The notes under the pieces are model-generated. The model was given only the letters and a program-made list of their open reading frames with translations, did not search any database and was not told the DNA's origin. A DNA stretch of 61,243 bases, the filler included, from Nemertoderma westbladi (taxonomy: Eukaryota > Animalia > Xenacoelomorpha), in NCBI GenBank assembly GCA_032718475.1. It is 3 parts of 3 records of this genome, joined end to end, with 100 filler letters (N's around TTAATTAATTAA, not from the genome) between each part and the next. Parts side by side here need not be neighbours in the genome. Positions count along the whole stretch, not along the records: positions 1 to 28,504 come from JAUCBJ010007808.1; 2 more parts are not named here. One strand, given 5' to 3'. The position numbers and the translations under genes were made by a program. Shown one piece after another: positions 16,150-27,921 of the stretch. Positions within the stretch are counted from its first letter, which is position 1, and every line of letters starts with the position of its first letter.

Positions 16150-16838
16150 GCTTAGTATTGGGTTGTGAGGTCTTGACCCCCTAGGCCTGCTCTGTCACCG
16201 AACCCCGGACCACACCAAGAACGCCGGCTAAGGCAAAGGGATGATGACCTTACAGTAGGAGGGCGAATAGCAGCCTCCTTAATGCCTCCGAGTAACGCTG
16301 CTAGACCGCGCTCCCGCATTGTGTCCCGTCTCCCAACAAGAGTCTCCACCAGGTGTCCTATGAAGACTTATGCTTCATGCCACCAGACCCCATCTGATGT
16401 TCCTGCGACATCTGATAACATTCTGCGGTCATCACACATCGTCCACTAATAATATTGCATTAGTGGCCAATAAAATCGATGGAATTAATAATGTAAGCCA
16501 TACCGATAAAAGTAATGCAATAATCATTCAGACAGGCAGGACTAGGAGGGCGAATAGCAGCCTCCTTAATGCCTCCGAGTAACGCTGCTAGACCGCGCTC
16601 CCGCATTGTGTCCCGTCTCCCAACAAGAGTCTCCACCAGGTGTCGTATGAAGACTTCTGCTTCATGCCACCAGACCCCATCTGATGTTCCTGCGACATCT
16701 GATAACATTCTGCGGTCATCACACATCGTCCACTAATAATATTGCATTAGTGGCCAATAAAATCGATGGAATTAATAATGTAAGCAATAATGTAAGTAAT
16801 AAAAGTAATGCAATAATCATTCAGACAGGCAGGACTAG
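16150..16838 (-). mobile_element. 3' RLE fragment of a second CRE-like family with a local tandem duplication (about 287 bp)
   Basis: SDGVWWHEAEVFIRHL...VRSSSLCL...GPGFGDRAG aligns by eye with CDGVLAPQADKLLRTI...IRGASHCL...GLGLDDGAG of 51955-52971. Segment 16256-16542 is repeated at 16543-16838. Confidence 0.65.
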
Positions 16839-16931
16839 CTACCGGTCTTAAGTCGAAACTGAAAGCTTTTTTGACATACGATATAGTACCAATACTGCTA
16901 CTAATAGGCATGCTAGAACTAAATTTAGTAA

Positions 16932-17121
16932 GGCCGCGTTCACACTACCGAGTCAATGTCAAAGACAAAATGTAAAAAAAATAACAAAAAATTTATCTTT
17001 TTCTAGAACGCCATTATGTATTATATTAGGCCTATATAATGTATTATTATTTATTATTGCTAGCTTAGCTATATTTATTTTCTTTTGACTTTGACTTTGA
17101 CTCGGTAGTGTGAACGCGGCC
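16932..17121. mobile_element. PIF/Harbinger-type (Tourist-like) MITE, 190 bp
   Basis: TIR GGCCGCGTTCACACTACCGAGTCAA / TTGACTCGGTAGTGTGAACGCGGCC, flanked by TAA on both sides (3-bp TSD). Confidence 0.9.
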
Positions 17122-17262
17122 TAACAGTTTATGAATACCGATATTTTTTAAGAGCTAGTTGTAACTAAATTAAGTCAATGCTCTAACTAAAGTGGGTTGG
17201 TTTTAGTAACAGATAGCTCTTAATAAGCATAGTTACAGCTACAGTATTACTAAAAGCTGTCA

Positions 17263-19809
17263 CTAAGTAGCTGTAACTAATGCGACTATTTCCTCGCAAA
17301 TTCGTCTATTTAGCATCCCAAAACCTCGACCAATTCCTCGTGACCGATCAGTTGTCACTACAGTTGGTAGAACGTCTGGGAACGCGCGAGAAGCGGACGA
17401 CGCAGACCCAAGAGTAGCTTGCGCCCCCTGTTGATCAGCTGGTGTATGTCCCGATCCTCCTACTGGATCTCTAGGAAGCGATACCGTATCCCGAGTAACT
17501 CGAATGGTCGGCTCAACTCCCTTGCGTTCTTCTATATTAATAATTTTCTTTAATTGTTGGCCCACTTTCTGGACCCGTATGATCCTACCCTGTCCGTCCT
17601 CCCGAGGGTGACGTGCAGACGGCGCAACCGGAGTGGCTGGTATATTCGTCGCCTCTAGGACCTCTTCTTCCTCGAATACACTCGCTCGTATACGTTTATG
17701 GTAAAACACGGCTCGGTACGCCCATGCGACGGTTAACCAAGCTCCTTTGTTCCGCTTTTCAGTTCGGAAACGATCGAATTCACCATACGTAATGCGATTA
17801 ACGACTTTCTGAAAATTCCACGTGTTTTTGTTATCCGGGTGAATCTGTAGTAGATACTCGCGCACTACTCGGAATCCGCTGTCGTGGGGCAAAATATCGA
17901 CAACCTCGATAAGTTCGTCATATTGGGGCATAGCGGAGATATATCCTTCCGACATCATTGTTTGAGGATTTACCGCCCAAAATCCGAGATGCGCTCTCAT
18001 CGGAAACCGTCTTCTTTGTGCCGATACATGTTCGTCGGCTAAATCTTCCCACTCATCAAATAACTTCCTCACGAGTTTTACAGATTCGTGTTCATAAGGT
18101 ATGTCTCTTAGTTGGCATTCAGATGCTCGATGTCCTTTTATATTGCAGTAAGTACATTGAGCCATAAATCTCCAGCAAGTATAAAAGGTATGAGACCCTT
18201 GATCCCCACACCATCCACAGATTAGCTGAGTCGTAGTAATGTGCTTTCCACTGCACTTTGTCATATGATGTCCAGCGACGCCACATTTACTACACATCGT
18301 ATTGGCAGGGTACCACACTCGTTCGTATATAAGATCTCCAATCGGTCGAGCGCTTCCTCCCATACTATAATCGTAATCATCTGGGTCTATGGGTTGGTAG
18401 GTTTCTGAAGGTTGTATACAAACTATAGCATCTGTTGCTTCAAGTTGTCGAATCTCCGTCTGAGATTTCTTCGGGAGGTTCCTTTCTATCTCAAGAAGTT
18501 CCTCCAAAGGATCGTCGGCGATCGTAGTAGTTACTTCGAAATCATCACCAAGGTGACCGATAGGCGCGCGCGTCTGCCGTGATTCTTCCGTAATTTCCAC
18601 GATACGTTCTCCTTCATAGGGTAACAATGTAAACATAGATGGTCTTTCGATAAGAGATCCCGCACAGCGAAGATACACGTCTCGAAATATACTAAATCCT
18701 GCTCGAGTAAAGGCATTACACTGAGCGTCGGAGTTGTAGAAGGGTTCAAGGAATCGTCTAAACACGTCGGTACGAATTCTCCCTTCCATGTAGAACGTAT
18801 GATCTTCTCCGAGACAAAGTGGATGTCTTTTGAGAGTCCGAGACACAATGTCGGCGATTAGGCAAACATTCACTGACGACTCTATTGCTAAATAATATTG
18901 TAAAACCGCTCTTGGAGGTGACGTAATAGCCCAATACACGCATCCTCTCCATTTAAGCTGTGATTCAAACTCACTCATATCTGGAGTATCACCTTCTCCA
19001 TAAGTTTCAATATACTTGTTTCTCTTATTTTCCTTATAATCCCAATTGAATAACAGGTAGGAAATGTATCCGGTTCCAGTCTTCTGAGTATTATACTCAC
19101 TAAAATATCCCTGTTCTATAGACCACAAAATAAGAGGTCGAGTGTCGACGTAAGGTGTCGGTAGTCGGTCATCGCTGTCCGTCATGCCGGCGAAGTCGCT
19201 AATTAAGTCCTCCCTTATTCCTGATCCAATCTTTACAACAGTTTTATCTAAAATCATGTTTCTTACCATCTTCGGTAGCATTCTAGCGTCAATATTACAA
19301 GCTTGGTCCATCTTCTTTACTATGTCGGTGATAAGATGGTGTCGCTTTGTATTCGCTGGAGGTATCGGCATTCGTTTGTCGCTCCTCTGTCTACTGAAAA
19401 CGTGCAGGACTCCGTCCGCCGCTCTAATTTGTATAGTCTTAGAAGTCAAACTCTGCTGATGACTGCCGCCCTCGTTATCGTAAAACATGTAACCATTTTC
19501 CTGAAACGATCTGAACGTCCTATTCCATTCATCCAACAATTCTTCCGAAGGTTGCCAAATCTTCTCTATGTCCTTATCATCTTCGAAACGAATAACCTTA
19601 CCTCGCCAATCCGCGGCAATATCTGTATCCGACTCGAAGGTTCCGGTTCCAATCCATAAACGAATCGTCTTGGTTAAATATCCTTTCAAATTACTCGGAG
19701 CTATATTGGCACCAGCTCTATCCAGTTCCTTAAAGTCTTGAATATGAGGTGGAACGTTGTACACGACCTTTTGAGTAATATGTCTACGTAAATCATATAT
19801 CTTACTCAT
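17263..19809 (-). CDS. 848-aa accessory protein: DEDD (WRN/RNase D/MUT-7-like) 3'-5' exonuclease plus three CCHC zinc knuckles
   Basis: Exo I FYDNEG, TIQI, Exo II LDKTVVKIGSGIRED, YVDT and Exo III-like QYYLAIE. Knuckles CSKCGVAGHHMTKC, CGWCGDQGSHTFYTC, CTYCNIKGHRASEC. Uninterrupted and intronless. Confidence 0.75.
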   Translation of the reverse strand: MSKIYDLRRHITQKVVYNVPPHIQDFKELDRAGANIAPSNLKGYLTKTIRLWIGTGTFESDTDIAADWRGKVIRFEDDKDIEKIWQPSEELLDEWNRTFRSFQENGYMFYDNEGGSHQQSLTSKTIQIRAADGVLHVFSRQRSDKRMPIPPANTKRHHLITDIVKKMDQACNIDARMLPKMVRNMILDKTVVKIGSGIREDLISDFAGMTDSDDRLPTPYVDTRPLILWSIEQGYFSEYNTQKTGTGYISYLLFNWDYKENKRNKYIETYGEGDTPDMSEFESQLKWRGCVYWAITSPPRAVLQYYLAIESSVNVCLIADIVSRTLKRHPLCLGEDHTFYMEGRIRTDVFRRFLEPFYNSDAQCNAFTRAGFSIFRDVYLRCAGSLIERPSMFTLLPYEGERIVEITEESRQTRAPIGHLGDDFEVTTTIADDPLEELLEIERNLPKKSQTEIRQLEATDAIVCIQPSETYQPIDPDDYDYSMGGSARPIGDLIYERVWYPANTMCSKCGVAGHHMTKCSGKHITTTQLICGWCGDQGSHTFYTCWRFMAQCTYCNIKGHRASECQLRDIPYEHESVKLVRKLFDEWEDLADEHVSAQRRRFPMRAHLGFWAVNPQTMMSEGYISAMPQYDELIEVVDILPHDSGFRVVREYLLQIHPDNKNTWNFQKVVNRITYGEFDRFRTEKRNKGAWLTVAWAYRAVFYHKRIRASVFEEEEVLEATNIPATPVAPSARHPREDGQGRIIRVQKVGQQLKKIINIEERKGVEPTIRVTRDTVSLPRDPVGGSGHTPADQQGAQATLGSASSASRAFPDVLPTVVTTDRSRGIGRGFGMLNRRICEEIVALVTAT

Positions 19810-20846
19810 ATCGCTAAAAACAACTGCAGGAAGAACTCCAAGTTCGAAATGATTTCTGGATGATCCACGATGGGTATTTCGTACGTCGTATCCTGTCGGA
19901 CTGGTATACTAATAGGAAAATTGAGTGTCGTACTCAATGGTTTCGTAGTTGAAGTACTATATGGTTGCATTTCTCTTGTCCTCTCCGGGGATGCAATCTG
20001 TAGTCTCTGAATAACGTTTTGAGCAAAGTTTATGCTCTCGAAAACTTCCGGTGTCATCTCCTTAGCTGGAGTTTGATCGTGTGACGTCCAATGGTAAGGT
20101 AGGCTCGCGAGTCTTCCGCCCCATTCTTCCATCTCACCTTTCTCGAAAGCCTTGTAGGCTCTGTATAGGCTAAGAGCTTCTTTCTTTTCGCGGGTTGACT
20201 GATTTGCCTCGTCCAGCGTAAGTTCAAATACATTGGGTTCAACAACCTTAGGTGGGTAAATGACAGTTTCTCCCGCCTTTGGTCCGGTCATAGCAAATGA
20301 ATGATATGGATTCGATAAAGGATACCCTCCTTCCTGGTAGCGTAGTTGTTGATGATTCGAACACCTCGCCAATATCGGTTCGGGATTTTCCTTATTCAAA
20401 CGCATCGGAATCGCATTTCGTTGTTCGCGCATACAAGAACCACATTGATAATAAAGTTTATACACTGAAAATGCTTCCTTGGTTTCTCTATCGTCCCCTC
20501 GAGTTCGTCTGTAAAGATGCATTCCATCAAATTCATCTCTTACCGCGGGCATAGGTTCGTGCGCCTTTAGGTATTGCATGGTATGATACAAACGACTAAT
20601 TTCAGTATCGGGGTCTTCGCTAATGTTGGTTTGGCGCAAACTTTCGATTCTTTCGTTTAATGCGTTTTGCCTTCTCTTTAATACATTTGAGTCATATTTA
20701 GTTCTCGCGAGTTTCGCTGTACTTTCCGATAATTCTTTTATACCGAATATAGTATAATCCTTGGCTCCAAATCTTTCGAATGGCGCTGCTGCCTCCTCTT
20801 GGATATCATATCCCCATCTCGGCTCTCCTTGTATCCCTTTCTCCAT
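19806..20846 (-). CDS. 346-aa accessory ORF of unknown function
   Basis: Uninterrupted ATG-to-TGA ORF with a coiled-coil-like segment (LKRRQNALNERIESL) and CGSC...CSNH. Its stop overlaps the next start (ATGA). Confidence 0.65.
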   Translation of the reverse strand: MEKGIQGEPRWGYDIQEEAAAPFERFGAKDYTIFGIKELSESTAKLARTKYDSNVLKRRQNALNERIESLRQTNISEDPDTEISRLYHTMQYLKAHEPMPAVRDEFDGMHLYRRTRGDDRETKEAFSVYKLYYQCGSCMREQRNAIPMRLNKENPEPILARCSNHQQLRYQEGGYPLSNPYHSFAMTGPKAGETVIYPPKVVEPNVFELTLDEANQSTREKKEALSLYRAYKAFEKGEMEEWGGRLASLPYHWTSHDQTPAKEMTPEVFESINFAQNVIQRLQIASPERTREMQPYSTSTTKPLSTTLNFPISIPVRQDTTYEIPIVDHPEIISNLEFFLQLFLAI

Positions 20847-21509
20847 AATTAGGGGTGTAGTTACATAATCATTACTACTAGAGGGAATACAACAGAGTTT
20901 GTAGTTAGTTGTGAGGAGACGTGAGAGTTTCGTCTGCCCTTTGGGCTCGACAACGCTCTAACCTCCTACCCATAGCCTAAGATCTAGGGTTTCTTTAATG
21001 ACACGCTGCTTCTTATCTAAAATTTTTTGCCGAAAAAAAACGAATTTGGGCTAAACTGGCTGTGAGTCTAAAATACTCACCTTTTGATCCCAAACTATTA
21101 TCAGAAAATAAGCAATCAAGAATTAGTAATAAATATAGGGGAGTCTATTTATTGACGTAACTTATTGAAACAAGACCGTGTAAAATTTAATTAAAATTTT
21201 AAGAAAGGCTCGCAAGTCTTCCTCTCTTGTTTCTCTAATTTTAAGTTCCACCCGACTGTACCCTGAAATCTATTCACTGGAGAAAATTTTAAAAATTTTT
21301 CAAATCCAAATGGATTGTCTAAAATTTCGAAAATGTCTCAATATTGTGAGTTCCAAGTAGAATTCCATTTCTTATACCTACAAATCCCGCTCCTATGTGA
21401 CACATAAGGGTACTACCCTCAATGTTCACATATAAAGACAATGGAATTCTACCGCTGTCCTTACTACGGTGTACAGGTACGTGGAAATCTATTTGTAAAC
21501 TCCTAATTA

Positions 21510-24500
21510 TTTACTAGTATTAGGTGGAGATTTGTAGTCTCCAGACTCGTTACGAGTCTCTTCAAGAAGTACGAGACGTTGAGTCGGTCTGTCTACTGTA
21601 CGACCGTCAATTGTCCGTTCTTGTCACTCCATCCATAGATGGATGTGTGGCTAAAATTACACCTGTTATCCAGAAGCGTCTTTTTAGATTCACTTCTGCT
21701 AACAGCACGTGATCTCCCGGCTTTAATGCGCGGGTGTTATTGTACCATGTTGTTCTGGCAGAAATAGAGGGCAAATAATGGTTTTGCCATATTTCCCAGA
21801 ATTTGTTAGCCAGTAGTTGCGTGATTTTCCACGCTTTTCTACCGTAACTGTCGCTTTCTATTGGAATAGAAATAGGTGTCAAAGTTGTCGGTGCCTGCAT
21901 AAGCAGGTGTGCCGGTGTCAAAGCAAACTGAGATTGTTTGTCATCGGGTACTAATACTATTGGTCTAGTATTTAGTATTGCCTCGATTTCAACAAACAAT
22001 GTTGTCAGTTGGTCGTCTGTCAATGTGGTTTACTGGAATGACCTTTGCCATGGCTGTCTTTATAGATCTAATCAGTCTCTCCCAGACTCCGCCTCTCCAA
22101 GGACTATCTGGAGGATTAAACTTCCAAACAATTTTGTGAGGTTGTAGTTCGTTCGAGATTTGATCATGATCTAATTTCTTAAAGGCTCTAGCAATCTCAT
22201 TCCGAGCACCAACAAAGTTTGTCCCTTGGTCTGAGTACAAGCATTTCACTAGTCCGCGTCTAGCGATAAATCGCCGCAGTGCTAGTATAAACGCGTTGGT
22301 GGAAAGATCCATCACACGTTCAATATGAACTGCCCTACTGGACATACATGTGAAAATCAGTCCCCAGCGTTTTACTAGTATACGTCCACGTTTCGTATGT
22401 ATGGGACCAAAGCAATCAATTCCAGTCTCTGTAAAAGGTGGTCTGAATGCTTGAAGTCGTGCTTGTGGAAGTTCACTCATTTCTTGGGTACCTATTCTAG
22501 AATGTACCTTTTTACAAATAATACACGTACGTGTCACTGAACTTAACGCTTTACTGTGTCTAATTAATACAAATCTTGTACGTAAGTAGGAAAGACAGTG
22601 GTGTCTTCCAGCGTGTTTCAGATGTAAATGTGCGTCCAGTATCATTGCACGTTGTAGTTCGTGATGCTGCGGTATTATTATTGGGTATCTAAAGTTCGTG
22701 TTAAAGTCAATGTTTTGAAGCCGAGATTTATGACAAATTAAGCCATTATAAATAATCGGACTCCAACTCAGTATTGGTGACGACTTGATTGGTAGACCTT
22801 GATTTATAGATGTGAATTCGCGCGCGAAATATCGCAGTTGGTAATGGCGAATTAATTTAATCTCACACCTGTCAATCTCAGCCAATGTAAGTCGACGTGT
22901 AAAGTCACGTTTGCCTTTTGCGTATTGTACAAAACGTACAATCCACGCTAACTTTCGGCAAGCGTTTGACCAAGAGTCTGTTAGGTTTACAATACGATCT
23001 ACGTAAGTATTTGTGACGTCATCAGGTAAGTCAATGGAGATTTTGGAAGGTTTTGAATTACTAGAAGGGCCCACGGGTCCGCCGGTAAGTATTCCCTTGT
23101 TGACTGTTGATCCGTCCGGGTCTACAAGTAATTTGTCCTTCTTTGTCTTCTTACCTTGATTGTCGGTACTTTGTAAGTCGATCGTTAATGGTGGTTTGAA
23201 CTCTATGGGGTCAGCAGGTTTCGGTAAACTTATTTTTCTGCCGACATTAATCCCAGGTTTCACCATAGGTTGCAAGTTCGGTATGTCTCTTGAGCGCAAA
23301 GTAACACCTGTATTTACATTAGAGTGGGTACTACCCACATCTGCAATACATGAGGTTTCACCGTGCTTATGGTTGCTCAAGTGTGTCAAATTTGGTAGTT
23401 TGTCAATACAAGGCCGCTCCAATAGGGAAACTGCGGCTTTACTGTTAGTCAATACATTACTAATGTCCGGTAGAACATTTTGTGATGTTTCTGACAAAAT
23501 GTCTAGTCGACTGTCTAGTAATGTGTCTGGCGATACGTCTGGTAACGTATCTGGTTGTTTGTCAATAGAAGGCCGCTCCAATAGAGAAACTGCGGCTTTA
23601 CTATTTGTCAGTATGTCACTAGTGTCTGGTAGAACATTTTGTGACATGTCTGGCAAAACGTCTAGTTGACCGTCTGGTAACGTGTCTGTTGGACCGTCTG
23701 GCGATATGTCTGGTGTAGAAAGGCTCGCAAGTCTTCCTCTCTTGACCTTTGAAGTTATATCCTTCCATTTCGCCTTCGGTTTTTTCTTAAGTTTAGCCGC
23801 CGTTGTCTTTTTCTTTGCCTTCCCCTTTTTTGGTTTCTTGATTTCGGCGTCCTTAGGGATAGTGTTAGACTTGTTGTCATATAATGGTGGCCAATTTAGT
23901 GTTGATCTTTGTAAGAATTGAGGTCCGTGTTGCCAAAATTCTTTGTTCTCCGGTTTACAGAATTCCTCAGGCATCATTCCTCGCGACGCAATATCGGCTG
24001 GGTTTTGTGGTCCGGGACAATGTCGCCAATCCTCTTTTATTGAATGGTCTAGAATTTCCGCGCGACGGTTAGCTACGAATGTCTTGAATTCAAGTGTGTC
24101 GTTGTTTATGTAAAATATAACCAACGTCGCGTCAGTCCAATAAAATATCTGTAAACTTGACTGTAGTTCTGTCTGTATAAGGTTCACGATGGTGGTTGAC
24201 AGTGTTGCGGCTTGTAGTTCAGCTCGTGGTGTCGTCATATACTTAGTAGGCATTGTTTTAGCCTTAGAAGTAATGAGCGAAACATCGAATTCGTCTGAGT
24301 CTACTTGTTTGCGCAAGTACGCTGCCACACCAAAACCGTTGTCACTGGCGTCAGAAAAACAATGTAATTCCAAGTTGTCAGGAAATGTAGTTTGTAATGG
24401 AAAGTAGATTCTGGGTATGGAATAATCCTCTAGCGAAGATAATTCCGCCTCCCAGGTCTTCCATAAGTCCACTTGGTCTGATGAGATCGGCTCGTCCCAT

Positions 24501-26340
24501 GTTAGTCCATCCTTCCAAATACTGCGCATATAAATGCGGGCTTGCAGTATAATTGGACTGATGAATCCTAATGGATCGAACAATCGGCTCAACTTTGACA
24601 AGCATGATCTCTTTGTCAGTGTGTTTTCTTGACTGTCCAGTCTCACTTTCACTCGAAAGTTGTCCATGTTTGGGTCCCAAAAGAGCCCCAACACCTTGGT
24701 CGTCGGTAGTGGTTCGAACTCTAGGTCTATGTCACCACCTCCACGCTCAGTCGTTCCGAATGAATCTACTAATTTGGCACTGTTTGAGGCGAATTTGGTG
24801 AGGTTAAAACCTCCGCCCGCTAAGCAGTCCCGTAATTGATGTGCTACTGTTGTAGCACGTTCTACTGTGTCGCAACTCTGTAAACCGTCGTCAACGTAAA
24901 AGTCACGCTCCACAATCCTAATTATCTCCTGGGTCATACAGGTGTTTCTGATCCCTAGCGGCCTGCTTTAGGGCGTACATCGTGCAATTTGGGCTGTCTC
25001 TGGCACCGAAAACGCGAACTTGCATTTGGTAAGTCGCCGGTGGTAGACTTAAGTCTCCTTCCGGGTACCAGAGGAACCGCAAACTGTCTCTGTCTCGCTC
25101 TAACGCTTTCACTTGGTGAAACATCGCTTCAACGTCGCAAGTAAAAGCTACTTGACGCTGACGGAAGCGCATAATCACCCCCATAAGATAATTATTCATG
25201 TTTGGTCCATCCATCAACTCACTATTGAGGGACATTCCCTCAAACAGAGCCGCACAGTCATTGACTACGCGTACTTTATCTGGTTTGTCGGGGTGTCTCA
25301 CATAGTGATGTGGCAGGTAGTATGTCTGGTTAGTCACTATCTCTGGGTTAGTCATTCGGATAGCGTATCCCTTAGTCAAATACGTCTCCATCTGAGTGTT
25401 GTACTGCAGATGGGCTTTCTCGTCCTTTAATAGACGTTGCCGTATTGAGTGTAGACGTCTTAAAGCCAGTGGGTAGGTTGTTTATAAGTTTAGGACTTTG
25501 GCTACGCCATAACATCCCCACCTCGTAATGTCCGTCTTTCGTCTGGCGGATAGTATCTTCCATGATCTTCAGAGATTGTTTCTCCTGTTCCGACATACAA
25601 GGTTCGTAGCTACCAGGTTCAGCTGTATCTTGTTCTAACCACCTGATAGTCTTCTCTGTTAATTCTTTGTCTAGTACAGCTTGTTCCAATTGATGATTTC
25701 TCAACGCGTCATCATCGATCTCGACGGGCATTGTTGAGGTTGTTGGGGTAGGTAGACTCGCAAGCCTATCATCTGTCGTCGATGGAATCTCTAGCTGACT
25801 CGTCTTCTCCCCAAGTTCTGAACTCACCTTGTGGATTAGCTGCTCCTTGTGACTTATCATACTAGTTACACGTCTGTCATGTTTTGTCGACTGTAGTGTA
25901 GTATGGTCCACATCGTGTGAAAAGGAATGGATTGAATTTGTAGTTAATAAACTACATGTACTTTGTACATCTTCCTCATCACTTATGTCTAGTGTGCGCA
26001 CAGGCGCTCGAGTATACCACCCTATCGGCGTTCTACAGGCGTATGCGTTTCCCGCTACGACTGCCGATGGTCTGGTTTCCCACACCTGATGTAGGTTGAA
26101 TTGGTCCGTCCCGATCAGCATTGCTACCGATCTATAATTGACAGGACATTCAGGTACACCAAGGTGTCTGAAATACTTACGGTCCTCCAAGGATTGTTCT
26201 GGGACCGGACCTAGTAGGTTACTAAAGTCTTTGGTGGCCGCAAAAGTCAGATCCTTGAAGGGTAACAAAGACCTCTCCCTCTCGCTGTGTTGCGATTTTG
26301 GAAGAAGAGAGTCTAAGTCCAACTTAACTCGTTGTAACTT
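21510..26340 (-). mobile_element. BEL/Pao LTR retrotransposon pol (protease C-terminus, RT, RNase H, integrase), frameshifted and 5'-truncated
   Basis: MLIGTD, TPIGW, YYLPHHYV..KVRVV, DVEAMFHQV, LRFLW, FGARDSP, FYVDD, LHCFSDAS, TPRAEL, WRHCPGPQNPAD, HHCC finger, GIDCFGP, SDQGTNF, GGVWERL, EIEAILNTRP. Split over four ORFs. Confidence 0.95.
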
Positions 26341-26629
26341 AATGATAAAAACTATTTCAGTTGGAGTTTTACACGCCCATATAATGCAGTAATGTATAAT
26401 ATCAATAAAATATAATTCAATTACCAATTAATTTCGCCCCTCGGGGCATCCTCAGGGTTCGCAACAACAACAAGCTCTATCGTACTACTAAATCGAACCA
26501 ACTACATTACTGTAATCTGATAATTACAGAGTTTCAACTCACTACTGCAGTAGCCGGCAGTACTGCAGTACCGGTACCTTGGTACAAGCAATTAATGTTG
26601 AGACGTTAAATCAACAAAATTTAAATCAG

Positions 26630-27890
26630 TAGAGTATGTAGGAGAAAATCAGACGGACATTCATATTGTACAGTAGGGGGCATTTATTACAGCTACAGTA
26701 TAACAGTAGTAGGATGGGTCCAATTAAATATAGGACAATAAATTTATTTCAGTAACGTTTCGGGCCACAAGGAAAACGTACTGTAGAAAAAGACCGGACG
26801 TATAAAGTTATTAGCATTATGACTACAATTTCGCCCAATAACACTGTAAAATCATTTTATTCTACAGGGTGTTACAAGCACGATAACCAATCAAGGAAAA
26901 CGTACTGTAGAAAAAACCGGCAATTTACCAAATATTAGCATTATAACTACATATTGCATCAAATAACACTGTAAAATCAATTAGTTCCCCGGGGTGTTAC
27001 AAGCACGATAACCAATCATGAAAAAACGCGGCCGTTATAACCTTGTATCTCCAATGAAAAAACATACGGAATTTTCAGCACACATGTACTGTATGTAAAA
27101 TTTGAGTTGGGACATTTGAGTCAATGTGTAGGCAAAGCCCATCAGCTTTCACATTGTACAGTAGGGTGGAACTGTTTCAGCATAAAAATATAAACCACAA
27201 GGAAAACGTAGGTATTTTCAGCACACATGTACTGTATGTAAAATTAGAGTTGGGGCATTTAAATGAAAATGTAGGCAAGACCAAACGGGATTCATATTGT
27301 ACAGTAGGGTGGAACTTCTATCACAGGGAAAACGTACTGTAGAAAAAACCGGAAGTTACAAAATATTTGCATTATAACTACATATTGCATCAAATAACAC
27401 TGTAAAATCACTTAGTTCCCCGGGGTGTTACAAGCACGATAACCAATCGTGAAAGAATGCGGCCGTTATAACCTTGTATTTCCAATGAAAAACATACGGT
27501 ATTTTCAGCACACATGTACTGTATGTAAAATTTGAGTTGGGACATTTGAGTCAATGTGTAGGCAAAGCCCACCAGTATTCGTATTGTACAGTAGGGTGGA
27601 ACTGTTTCAGCATAAAAAAATTTATATAAACCACAAGGAAAACGTACTGTAGAAAAAACTGGAAGTTAAGTAGGGTGGAACTGTTTCAGCATAAAAAAAT
27701 ATAAACCACAGGAAAACGTACTGTAGAAAAGACTGGAAGTTAAGTAGGGTGGAACTGTTTCAGCATAAAAAAATATATACCACAGGAAAACGTACTGTAG
27801 AAAAGACTGGAAGTTTCCAAAATTATTAGCATTATAACTACATATTGCATCAAATAACACTGTAAGATCATTTAGTTCCCCGGGGTATTA
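26630..27890. repeat. Complex tandem repeat region downstream of the Penelope ORF (units up to about 430 bp, with sub-repeats)
   Basis: GAAAACGTACTGTAGAAAA recurs near 26773, 26897, 27328, 27639, 27712 and 27786. TTTTCAGCACACATGTACTGTATG recurs three times. Confidence 0.8.
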
Positions 27891-27921
27891 CACTAAAAAT
27901 AATGAGTTGATAAATATACAA

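Noticed and set aside
17263-19809. Gag or Env
   Set aside because: It lies 3' of integrase, the knuckles follow an exonuclease-like domain rather than a capsid, and no signal peptide or transmembrane anchor is seen.
20850-21500. 3' LTR between pol and the accessory ORFs
   Set aside because: No convincing PPT or TG...CA boundaries and no second copy in the window.
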